The notes beneath the pieces were generated by a model. That model was given only the letters and a program-made list of their open reading frames with translations, searched no databases and was not told the origin of the DNA. From positions 2,528,001 through 2,592,000 of the forward strand of contig OY759746.1 of assembly GCA_963662795.1 (NCBI GenBank): a stretch of DNA of 64,000 nucleotides, read 5' to 3'. The stretch's first letter is position 1. The number at the start of each line of letters is the position of its first letter. The translations under genes were made by a program, and so were the position numbers. The stretch is from Spirochaetia bacterium (GTDB lineage Bacteria > Spirochaetota > Spirochaetia > CADAEX01). Of the stretch, positions 11,216 to 20,023 are shown in pieces.

Positions 11216-12934
11216 TCAGGTACCTCCAACCGGTTTATCAAGTTTTATTTTCGGAGCTTCAAGTATCATCGCGCTTAATGGGGCCCCGGCTGGAACCATG
11301 GGATAGACGTTATCTTCTTTTTCAACTTCGATATCTATCAGGCATGGTCCGTCATTATATTCAAGCGCTTCTTTAAGTATTTTTCTGACATCAGCGCTTC
11401 TCTTTATGCAGTACCCCTTAATCCCGTAGCTTTTGGCAAGCATTACAAAACTGGGGTTGCCCTGAAGGTCTACACCGGAGAGTCTGTTTTCATAAAAAAT
11501 ATTCTGCCATTGTCTTACCATTCCGAGAAATTTGTTGTTTATTACAATAATTTTTACCGGCAGCTTGTTTACAGCTGCAGTTGAGAGTTCGCTCATTGTC
11601 ATCTGAAACCCGCCGTCGCCTACTATTGCTACAACCTGTTTTTCCGGCATTCCTATCTGTGCGCCTATTGCCGCGGGAAAACCGTATCCCATAGTTCCGG
11701 CTCCTCCGGATGAAATCCATTGGTTGGGGAAAGAAGTTTTATAAAATTGCGCAGTCCACATCTGATGCTGACCTACATCTGTTGTGACAATTGCTTTCCC
11801 TTTAGTCAGTGTATAAAGTTCGTCAAGAACATGCTGAACCTTAAGCTTTCCCTGTTTTTTATATTTAAGCGGATACTGTTTTTTCAGCTTATTGACATAT
11901 TTTATCCACTCTTCAGTTTCACCCCTTGTGGCAATAGCGTTAATTGCCTCAACAATTTTTTTTGCATCGCCGACAATTCCCAGATCAACCTGGATAACCT
12001 TGTTTATTTCAGCGGGATCAATATCTATATGAATTTTTACGGCCCGTGTGCAGAATTCATCAACTTTTCCAATGATCCTGTCATCCCATCTTGAGCCTAT
12101 TGACATGATAAGGTCACATTCAACAATCGCCTTGTTTGCATATGCAGTCCCGTGCATACCCGGCATCCCAAGATTCAGTTCATTGGTTTCGGGAAAACAC
12201 CCTTTCCCGAGCAGGGTATTGACAACCGGTATTCTCATTTTTTCCGCAAGATAAGCAACTGCTTTCGATGCTTTTGAAATAATGGCTCCATGTCCGACAA
12301 GGAGAATAGGTTTTCTTGCCTCATTCAGATATTTTGCTGCCTGTTTTATTGATTCGGAATCAAGGGAATCAGGTATTTTATAACCCGGCAATGTAAAATC
12401 TGATAATATTTTTGAGGGATCAAGCAGTTTGCTTGTTACATCCTTTGGCAGGTCAATGAGGACAGGACCAGGCCTTCCTGTCTGAGCTATATAAAAAGCT
12501 TCCTTTACAATTCTGGGTATATCTTCCGCGTTTTTTACAAGATAGGAGTGTTTGACAACCGGTGAGGAAATACCTGAAACATCAGCTTCCTGAAATGAGT
12601 CAAGCCCGAGTGTAAAAGTAGGCATCTGCCCGCAAATGACTACTATAGGTATTGAATCCATCTGCGCTGTAAAAATACCGGTAATTGTATTTGTCGCTCC
12701 CGGTCCTGACGTTACCAGAACTACGCCTGGCCTGCCTGTTGCTCTGGCATATCCGTCTGCCATGTGTGTGGCTCCCTGTTCATGCCTTGTTAAAATCAAA
12801 TTAATCGGAGAATCAAGCAATGCATCAAAAATAGGAATGGCTGAACCACCGGGATATCCGAAGATATATTCAGTTCCTTCTTTTTGAATGGCATCTACAA
12901 GAATTTCTGCCCCTGTTTTCATAATATTACTCAT
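11216..12934 (-). CDS. ilvB: Acetolactate synthase large subunit
   Basis: [33 protein letters not shown] motif [20 protein letters not shown]. Confidence 0.96.
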   Translation of the reverse strand: MSNIMKTGAEILVDAIQKEGTEYIFGYPGGSAIPIFDALLDSPINLILTRHEQGATHMADGYARATGRPGVVLVTSGPGATNTITGIFTAQMDSIPIVVICGQMPTFTLGLDSFQEADVSGISSPVVKHSYLVKNAEDIPRIVKEAFYIAQTGRPGPVLIDLPKDVTSKLLDPSKILSDFTLPGYKIPDSLDSESIKQAAKYLNEARKPILLVGHGAIISKASKAVAYLAEKMRIPVVNTLLGKGCFPETNELNLGMPGMHGTAYANKAIVECDLIMSIGSRWDDRIIGKVDEFCTRAVKIHIDIDPAEINKVIQVDLGIVGDAKKIVEAINAIATRGETEEWIKYVNKLKKQYPLKYKKQGKLKVQHVLDELYTLTKGKAIVTTDVGQHQMWTAQFYKTSFPNQWISSGGAGTMGYGFPAAIGAQIGMPEKQVVAIVGDGGFQMTMSELSTAAVNKLPVKIIVINNKFLGMVRQWQNIFYENRLSGVDLQGNPSFVMLAKSYGIKGYCIKRSADVRKILKEALEYNDGPCLIDIEVEKEDNVYPMVPAGAPLSAMILEAPKIKLDKPVGGT

Positions 12935-13220
12935 TACGACCTCTGGTGAATAGGAATAAATAAAGAATATTTAATATAATTAAGCTATATATTGAAAACT
13001 GTCAATAAAAAAACATAAATAACATGAAAAACCTGCTTTAAGAATATTAAAATACAAAAAAATGACCGTAAAAATTGTAAAAACGGTTTAGTAGAATAAA
13101 CAATGACATAAATATAGCACAAATATTTGATATATCATTGAAGCTGTGTACTGCCCAATGGTGTGCAGGTAATTATTTTCCCTGTTTACCAAGACTGCAT
13201 TGTTCTGTATTATTTCAGGG

Positions 13221-13940
13221 ATGAAAAAAGAAGTTATTGATGGGAAAATTAACCAAAACAGACCGGGATTTATCGGCAGCTTAAAACTATATATAAAAAA
13301 TCAGAAGGAAAGACCTCAGACCGTCCGGGAGGAGGTTTTTAATTCCGTTACACACGGCATCGGGACTCTTGCTGCAGTTGCAGGAACAATTATTCTTGTT
13401 GTTTTTTCAATAAGCCGGGGACGCCCTGCCATAATAACTTGCGGTGTCGCGATATATGGAAGTGCGATGATTCTCCTTTATCTTGCCTCAACCCTGTATC
13501 ATTGTCTTTCATTTACAAAGGCAAAGGAAGTTTTTAAGGTTTTTGATCACTGCGCTATCTTCATACTTATTGCAGGAACCTATACGCCGATAGCGTTCCA
13601 AATCGGCGGTACCTGGGGGTGGATTATTTTCGGGATAGTGTGGGGACTGACTGTGCTCGGCATTGTCCTTGAATCTGTATTCAAGTCAGGCGTTAAAAAA
13701 ATATCAATGTTTATATACCTTGCTATGGGCTGGCTTGTTGTTATCGCCTGGAACCCGCTGCTTGATCATATTAATTACGGTATGATTTTCTGGCTTATAG
13801 CCGGAGGACTTTCCTACACGGGCGGCGTAATTTTTTATATACTGCCCGGACAGTATTTTTTCCATGTTTTATGGCATTTTGCAGTACTTGCCGGTACTGT
13901 ATTCCATTTTTTCGGAATATTGTTTTATATAGTATTGTAG
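13221..13940 (+). CDS. PAQR/hemolysin-III family membrane protein (TrhA/YqfA-like)
   Basis: EEVFNSVTHGIG, STLYH, DHCAIFILIAGTYTP, HVLWHFAVLAG; ATG 13221 preferred to TTG 13200. Confidence 0.9.
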   Translation: MKKEVIDGKINQNRPGFIGSLKLYIKNQKERPQTVREEVFNSVTHGIGTLAAVAGTIILVVFSISRGRPAIITCGVAIYGSAMILLYLASTLYHCLSFTKAKEVFKVFDHCAIFILIAGTYTPIAFQIGGTWGWIIFGIVWGLTVLGIVLESVFKSGVKKISMFIYLAMGWLVVIAWNPLLDHINYGMIFWLIAGGLSYTGGVIFYILPGQYFFHVLWHFAVLAGTVFHFFGILFYIVL

Positions 13941-14021
13941 AAAATGCATTCAGCTGCTCTAATCCTGAATAAAAATTCATAAAATATACAGATTATATTG
14001 CCGGCACAGAAAATAATGCTT

Positions 14022-14699
14022 CTATTTCGGGTTATTATTCACTAAGTCAGCCATCATTTCCTCTTTTTTGTTCACATGATAAAAAAGATTTTCTATTTCA
14101 ACAGCGAGATTTATGTTGTTGATCACATAACAGCTTTTGCTGTCCAGCGGGATCTGGGAGTCCTTGGTGCACTTGAGCTCAACCGGTGAAAAATTAAGAT
14201 AGCCGAGAATACCGGCTTTTATCATTTTTTCAAAAACTTCGGTTGCAGCTGACTCCGGAACAGCAATAACCCCGACTTTAATCTGTCTGTCGTGAACAAA
14301 ATTATCAAGCTCAGACATCGGAAGGATAAGGATATCCCCCTTGTATGAGACCTTGTCCGGCAGAATGTCAAATCCGGCGGCAACTGTTATGCCGTCCCTT
14401 GCAAGACCGTTGTACTGCATTATTGCTGTCCCTATCTTGCCGCATCCGACAACAATAATTTCAAGGGGATTGTTTTTTCCGAGGATTGTATCGATCTCAG
14501 CAATAAGCTCGTCAATTACATATCCCCCTCTCTTGTTGCCTTTAATTTTAAGGCAGGAGAAATCCTTTCTGACAAGTGCGGAGGTAACCCCGAGCGCATC
14601 ACCAAGGTTGTTTGAAAAAACTTTTTCAAGACCAAGCGCCTTTAATTTCTGGAGAAGCCTTTTATATTTGGATAATCTAAGGATAATTTCTTTGTTCAT
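14022..14699 (-). CDS. rex: Redox-sensing transcriptional repressor Rex
   Basis: wHTH RL..Y.R..S..L...LGV....VRKDFS..G.RG.GY; Rossmann VGCGKIG; LNFSP. Confidence 0.92.
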   Translation of the reverse strand: MNKEIILRLSKYKRLLQKLKALGLEKVFSNNLGDALGVTSALVRKDFSCLKIKGNKRGGYVIDELIAEIDTILGKNNPLEIIVVGCGKIGTAIMQYNGLARDGITVAAGFDILPDKVSYKGDILILPMSELDNFVHDRQIKVGVIAVPESAATEVFEKMIKAGILGYLNFSPVELKCTKDSQIPLDSKSCYVINNINLAVEIENLFYHVNKKEEMMADLVNNNPK

Positions 14700-14708
14700 A
14701 GCTTAAAG

Positions 14709-14726
14709 ATGTTATTATATTCACAT
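14709..14726. promoter_or_regulatory. Putative Rex operator
   Basis: ATGTTATTATATTCACAT fits TTGT(G/T)AANNNNTT(C/A)ACAA; between divergent rex and hyd, overlapping a candidate rex promoter (TTGACA at 14737-14732). Confidence 0.65.
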
Positions 14727-14812
14727 TAAATTGTCAATAATGTTTTTATCATGCTTAAAAAACATCATGCAGACAAAATTATCACAAAAACCGCAGTTTG
14801 AGGTATTTAATA

Positions 14813-14841
14813 TTGAATAATACTCAATAATAACATATAAT
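14813..14841 (+). promoter_or_regulatory. Sigma70-type promoter of the hydrogenase operon
   Basis: TTGAAT-N17-TATAAT; GGAGG RBS before ATG 14889. Confidence 0.6.
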
Positions 14842-14888
14842 GCTGTCGGAAAATACTGTTCAAGAACAGATAAAATAATGGAGGTTTC

Positions 14889-15377
14889 ATGTCTGTACAA
14901 ACTGCTGTAGAGATAAAATTCTCAAAAGAGCTTCTTGCTTTTATTGAGGATTGGAAAGAGAAGCCGGGCAACCTGATAATGGTTCTTCACAAGGTTCAGG
15001 AAGAATTCGGTTACGTACCGAGACAGGCTGCAATAAAGGTTTCTGATCTTCTTGAGGTACCCCTTGCCAAGGTATACGGGGTAATGACATTTTACCATTT
15101 TTTTAAATCTACCAAACCGGGAAAGTATAATATTCAGGTCTGTCTGGGCACTGCCTGTTATTTAAAAGGTGGAGAGGATCTTCTTCAGGAGCTGGAAACA
15201 GTACTTGGAATAGGGATTAATCAAGTAACTGAAGATGGAATGTTCTCCTATGAATCAGTCCGGTGTGTCGGCTGCTGCGGTCTTGCCCCGGTTATGGTTG
15301 CTGGGGGAGAGGTTTTCGGCAAGCTGACAAAGGATTCCATCCCTGAAATTATTGCTAATTTAAAAAACCAGGGGTGA
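14889..15377 (+). CDS. hydC: [FeFe]-hydrogenase 2Fe-2S subunit (NuoE/HydC/HndA-like)
   Basis: TFYHFF, VCLGTAC..CVGCCGLAP. Confidence 0.92.
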   Translation: MSVQTAVEIKFSKELLAFIEDWKEKPGNLIMVLHKVQEEFGYVPRQAAIKVSDLLEVPLAKVYGVMTFYHFFKSTKPGKYNIQVCLGTACYLKGGEDLLQELETVLGIGINQVTEDGMFSYESVRCVGCCGLAPVMVAGGEVFGKLTKDSIPEIIANLKNQG

Positions 15378-15381
15378 GACT

Positions 15382-15960
15382 GTGCATGCTGCCATCTGTG
15401 ATTTTATTGCAGATTGTCTTCAAAACTCGATCGAAGCTGAAAGCAGCCGAATTAGTCTTTTATATGAGAAATCCGGCAGCCTGATTAAAACAGTAATTGA
15501 AGACAACGGGAAAGGGATGACAAAAGAGCAGCTTGAGAAAGCGAGAGACCCTTTCTACACAGACGGCACAAAACATGCAAAGAGAAAAATCGGCCTCGGA
15601 ATACCTTTTTTACTGCAGGCAGTTAATATTTCCGGAGGGGCCTTCTCTCTTGAATCAGAAAAAGGGAAGGGGACAAGGCTTGAATTCAGTTTTGATTCTG
15701 CAAATATTGATACACCTCCCGAGGGAGACATAACATCAACCGTACTGCAGGCCATGATGTTTGACGGGGATTATGAACTTGAGTTCAAAAGGACGCTTAA
15801 ACGCGGCGGAGAGGCTGATAACGGAGATTGTTATAATATAAAAAGATCCGAATTGCTAGAAATCCTGGGAGATCTTTCAACTGCCGATACAATAAACCTT
15901 GCAAGGCAGTACTTGCAGTCCCAGGAAGAAAATTTGAATAAGGAGACAGGTAATGGCTAA
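15382..15960 (+). CDS. Stand-alone HATPase_c (GHKL) ATP-binding protein
   Basis: N box QNSIEA, G1 EDNGKGM, DPFYT, G2 GLGIP, G3 KGT; no HisKA segment. Confidence 0.85.
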   Translation: MHAAICDFIADCLQNSIEAESSRISLLYEKSGSLIKTVIEDNGKGMTKEQLEKARDPFYTDGTKHAKRKIGLGIPFLLQAVNISGGAFSLESEKGKGTRLEFSFDSANIDTPPEGDITSTVLQAMMFDGDYELEFKRTLKRGGEADNGDCYNIKRSELLEILGDLSTADTINLARQYLQSQEENLNKETGNG

Positions 15961-16345
15961 AATGACGCTTGAAGACCTGAGAAAGCTGAGGGAAGACAAA
16001 AAGAAGACCCTTGACAGGCGCGATGTTTCGGAAAATGACATTGCAATAATTATTGGAATGGGGACCTGCGGAATCGCGGCAGGCGCAAAAAAATCATTGG
16101 ATGCTTTTCTTGATGAAATCGATAAAAAAGGGCTTAAGCAGATCACTGTCAAGCAGACAGGGTGCATGGGCCTTTGTTATGTAGAACCGACCGTTGAAAT
16201 TAAAGTACCTGGCATGCCTGATACAATTTACGGGAAGGTTGATGAAGCAGTCGCAAGAATAATTGTCGATGAACATATCATGCAGAGAAAACTTGTCAGT
16301 AATCATATTTTTGACAAGCCTTCTGTGGATATTGTTAAAGGTTAA
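15953..16345 (+). CDS. Thioredoxin-like 2Fe-2S ferredoxin hydrogenase subunit (HydD/HndB-like)
   Basis: GMGTCGIAAGA..TGCMGLC.VEP. Confidence 0.88.
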   Translation: MAKMTLEDLRKLREDKKKTLDRRDVSENDIAIIIGMGTCGIAAGAKKSLDAFLDEIDKKGLKQITVKQTGCMGLCYVEPTVEIKVPGMPDTIYGKVDEAVARIIVDEHIMQRKLVSNHIFDKPSVDIVKG

Positions 16346-16357
16346 CGGAGGAAGTTG

Positions 16358-18151
16358 ATGGCACTTAAAAACTATATACTGGTTTGCGGCGGTACAGCCT
16401 GTGAATCATCTAAAGCAGATAGCATATACCAGGCCCTGGTTAAAGAAATCGAGGTCAACGGATTAAAAAAAGATGTCCAGATTGTGAAGACAGGCTGTTT
16501 CGGATTCTGCGAAAAAGGGCCGATTGTCAAGGTCCTTCCGGAAGAAGCTTTCTATGTGGAAGTAAAACCTGAAGACGCGAAAGAAATTGTGGCAGAAAAC
16601 ATTATAAAGGGACGTCTTGTTAAACGCCTGCTATATAAAGGCGAAGAGGTAAAGGGAAAAGACGCATTTGAAGCTGACGATATAAAATTCTATCAGAAAC
16701 AGTACAGGATAGTACTTAGAAACTGCGGTTTTATTGACCCGGAAAATATCGAAGAATATGTGGCAAGAGACGGATACTGCGCTCTTGAAAAATGTCTTTT
16801 TGATATTACTCCCGATCAGGTTATTGAAGAATTGAAAACTTCAGGACTCAGGGGCAGGGGCGGAGCTGGTTTCCCAACCTGGATGAAGTGGAATTTCAGC
16901 AAAATGGTAAGCGCGGACCAGAAATATATTGTCTGCAACGCGGATGAGGGCGACCCCGGCGCTTATATGGACAGAAGTACTCTGGAAGGAGATCCCCATT
17001 CAGTACTGGAAGCAATGGCTATTGCCGGATATGCGATCGGCTCAAACAAAGGAATCATCTACATTCGGGCTGAATATCCGCTTGCCATTAAACGGCTTGA
17101 AATCGCGATGAAACAGGCAAGGGAATATGGTCTTCTCGGTAAAAATATACTTGGCAGCAAATTTGATTTTGATATCGAAATCAGACTGGGCGCGGGCGCA
17201 TTTGTCTGCGGTGAGGAAACAGCGCTCTTAAGATCTATTGAAGGGAAAAGAGGTATGCCGACTCCCAAGCCGCCGTTTCCTGCAGTTGAAGGACTCTGGG
17301 GCAAACCGACTGTTATAAACAATGTTGAGACACTTGCCAATATCCCTGTAATTATACTTAAAGGCGGCGAATGGTTCTCTTCAATAGGAACACAGAAATC
17401 ACCGGGAACAAAAGTTTTCGCACTTACCGGGAGGATAAACAATTCCGGGCTTGTTGAGGTCCCGATGGGAACAACACTCAGGGAGATTATTTATGATATC
17501 GGCGGCGGAATCAAGGATAACAGGGCTTTTAAAGCTGTTCAGACAGGAGGCCCTTCGGGCGGAGTTATTACCGAAGAAAACCTTGATACACCTATTGATT
17601 TTGATACCTTGACAGCAATTGGCACAATGATGGGCTCCGGTGGCATGATTGTCATGAGCGAGGATGATTGTATCATCGATGTCGCTAAGTTCTACATGGA
17701 GTTCTGTGTAGATGAATCATGCGGAAAATGTTCGCCTTGCCGCATCGGGACAAAGAAACTTTTCCAGTATCTGGACAAGATATCAAAGGGAAATGCTACA
17801 CGCGATGATATGAAAAAAATGGAAGAGATAGGTATTGCAATGAAGAAAGCCGCGCTTTGCGGGCTCGGCCAGACTGCAGCCAATCCTGTCCTTTCCACAA
17901 TGAAATATTTCCGGAATGAATATCTTGAGCATATTGATGGCCAGAAATGTATAGCCGGTAAGTGTAAGGACCTTGTAAGGTTTGAAATAAGCCCTGAAAA
18001 ATGTATCGGCTGTACCATCTGCGCAAGAAAATGTCCTGTCAACTGCATCAGCGGCGAAAGAAAACAGCCGCATGTTATTGATCAGAGCAAGTGTATCAAG
18101 TGCGGTGAATGTTACAGTAACTGTAAATTCGGCGCAATAACGAAATATTAA
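16358..18151 (+). CDS. hydB: NADH/FMN-binding diaphorase subunit of bifurcating [FeFe]-hydrogenase (NuoF/HydB/HndC-like)
   Basis: GLRGRGGAGFPT, NADEGDPG, CGEETAL, ESCGKCSPCRIG, two C-terminal CxxCxxCxxxC. Confidence 0.94.
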   Translation: MALKNYILVCGGTACESSKADSIYQALVKEIEVNGLKKDVQIVKTGCFGFCEKGPIVKVLPEEAFYVEVKPEDAKEIVAENIIKGRLVKRLLYKGEEVKGKDAFEADDIKFYQKQYRIVLRNCGFIDPENIEEYVARDGYCALEKCLFDITPDQVIEELKTSGLRGRGGAGFPTWMKWNFSKMVSADQKYIVCNADEGDPGAYMDRSTLEGDPHSVLEAMAIAGYAIGSNKGIIYIRAEYPLAIKRLEIAMKQAREYGLLGKNILGSKFDFDIEIRLGAGAFVCGEETALLRSIEGKRGMPTPKPPFPAVEGLWGKPTVINNVETLANIPVIILKGGEWFSSIGTQKSPGTKVFALTGRINNSGLVEVPMGTTLREIIYDIGGGIKDNRAFKAVQTGGPSGGVITEENLDTPIDFDTLTAIGTMMGSGGMIVMSEDDCIIDVAKFYMEFCVDESCGKCSPCRIGTKKLFQYLDKISKGNATRDDMKKMEEIGIAMKKAALCGLGQTAANPVLSTMKYFRNEYLEHIDGQKCIAGKCKDLVRFEISPEKCIGCTICARKCPVNCISGERKQPHVIDQSKCIKCGECYSNCKFGAITKY

Positions 18152-18174
18152 ATTAAAGGCAAGGAGATAAAGCA

Positions 18175-19926
18175 GTGAAAACTGTAGAAATAAAAATTAA
18201 TGGTAAACCTGTTATGGTAAATACCGGGACATCAGTTCTGGATGCCGCAAAACTTGCTGGCGTTAAAATACCCAGCCTTTGTGCTCATCCTGATCTTAAC
18301 GCCTGGGGCGCATGCGGTATCTGTGTTGTCAAGATTGAAGGGCAGCCCCGTCTTGTAAGGGCGTGCTCGACAAAAATTGTTGAGGGGCAGAATTATATAA
18401 CACATGATCCCGAGATCCAGAGTGTCAGAAGAACTGTAATAGAGATGATTCTCTCTAACCATCCGCAGGAATGTCTTACCTGCGCAAGGAACCAGACCTG
18501 CGAGCTTCAGAGACTTGCGGCAGAATACAGTATAAGGGAAATCCCTTTTGATCAGAACGTAAGAAGACTTCCCAGGGATGTTTCAACTACATCAATTGTT
18601 CTTGATCCTACAAAATGTATCCAGTGCGGAAGGTGTGCTCTTGTGTGCCAGAACCTTCAGAATGTCTGGGCGCTTGAGTTCCTCAACCGGGGAGAAAATA
18701 CAAGGATTGCACCTGCCGCTGATGTTCAGCTGAACGACAGCCCGTGTATTAAATGCGGCCAGTGTTCAGCCCACTGCCCTGTAGGAGCGATTTATGAAAA
18801 GGATGAGACACAGAAATTCCTCAATGCGGTACGTGAACCTGGTGTCCATGTTTCTGTACAGATTGCTCCGGCTGTAAGGGTTGCGCTCGGCGAGGCATTC
18901 GGAATGAAGCCGGGAGAGGTGGTAACGGGCAAGATATACGCGGCGCTCAGAAGGCTCGGCGTTGATTCAGTTTTTGACACAAACTTCTCCGCAGACCTTA
19001 CGATAATGGAAGAAGGAAGCGAGTTTGTTGAAAGATTGGTAAATGGCAAAGGTGTGCTTCCCCAGCTTACTTCATGCTGCCCGGCATGGACAGATTACAT
19101 GGAGAAATACTATCCGGACATGATCCCCCATTTTTCAACTGCAAAATCGCCGATGATGATGCAGGGGGCAATGACCAAAACATATTTCGCGCAGCTGAAA
19201 AAACTTGATCCTGCAAAAATATGTTCTGTCGCAATTATGCCCTGTACTGCCAAAAAGTTTGAGATATCAAGATGCGGCGATATGAAATCTTCAGGGTATT
19301 GTGATGTCGATCTTGTACTTACAACGAGGGAGCTTGCCCGTCTGATCAAGATCGCCGGTATCAATTTTGCCGACCTTGAAGAGGAACAGTCAGACAGCCC
19401 GATAGGTATGTACACAGGAGCGGCAACCATCTTCGGAGTAACCGGAGGCGTTATGGAAGCTGCGGTCAGAACAGCATACAAACTTGTTACCGACGAAGAG
19501 CTTGGCAACGTAAATGTTGAAGTGGTAAGAGGTATGGAAGGGGTAAAACGCGGTGTAGTTGATATTAAAGGTACCAAGGTCAAGGTAGCTGTAGCGCATG
19601 GTATGGCAAATGTTCAGGACCTGGTTGAAGAAATCAGGACTGCAAAGAGAGAAGGAAAGGAAAGGCCTTATGATTTTATAGAAGTAATGGCATGCCGCGG
19701 AGGATGTATAGCAGGCGGAGGTCAGCCCTATGGAACAGAGGATGAAGTACGGGATGCGAGAACTGCCGGCATCTATTTCGATGATAAACATTCAGCTATA
19801 AGGTGTTCGCACAATAATCCTGAAATTATTCATATATATGATAATTTCCTTGAAAAACCGCTGAGTCATAAATCCCACCAGTATCTTCATACCCACTATG
19901 AAGAAAAACCGGTATATAAAAAATAG
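18175..19926 (+). CDS. hydA: [FeFe]-hydrogenase catalytic subunit (group A, HydA/HndD-like)
   Basis: H-cluster motifs TSCCPAW, MPCTAKK, EVMACRGGCIAGGGQP; N-terminal 2Fe-2S, His-ligated and 2x4Fe-4S domains. Confidence 0.96.
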   Translation: MKTVEIKINGKPVMVNTGTSVLDAAKLAGVKIPSLCAHPDLNAWGACGICVVKIEGQPRLVRACSTKIVEGQNYITHDPEIQSVRRTVIEMILSNHPQECLTCARNQTCELQRLAAEYSIREIPFDQNVRRLPRDVSTTSIVLDPTKCIQCGRCALVCQNLQNVWALEFLNRGENTRIAPAADVQLNDSPCIKCGQCSAHCPVGAIYEKDETQKFLNAVREPGVHVSVQIAPAVRVALGEAFGMKPGEVVTGKIYAALRRLGVDSVFDTNFSADLTIMEEGSEFVERLVNGKGVLPQLTSCCPAWTDYMEKYYPDMIPHFSTAKSPMMMQGAMTKTYFAQLKKLDPAKICSVAIMPCTAKKFEISRCGDMKSSGYCDVDLVLTTRELARLIKIAGINFADLEEEQSDSPIGMYTGAATIFGVTGGVMEAAVRTAYKLVTDEELGNVNVEVVRGMEGVKRGVVDIKGTKVKVAVAHGMANVQDLVEEIRTAKREGKERPYDFIEVMACRGGCIAGGGQPYGTEDEVRDARTAGIYFDDKHSAIRCSHNNPEIIHIYDNFLEKPLSHKSHQYLHTHYEEKPVYKK

Positions 19927-19954
19927 GATTCTTTTCAGTACAGTAAATGAAAGG

Positions 19955-19983
19955 AGGCTTTCCGGCAGCGGAAAGCCTTTTTT
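19955..19983 (+). terminator. Rho-independent terminator of hyd operon
   Basis: AGGCTTTCCG-gcag-CGGAAAGCCT followed by TTTTT. Confidence 0.88.
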
Positions 19984-20023
19984 ATAATTGTTAAAAAAGG
20001 TGATAACATATTATAATGTAAAA

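Noticed and set aside
19988-20009. TTGTTA..TAACAT as a Rex box upstream of the cyclase
   Set aside because: Half-sites are 10 bp apart rather than 6; better explained as a -35 region
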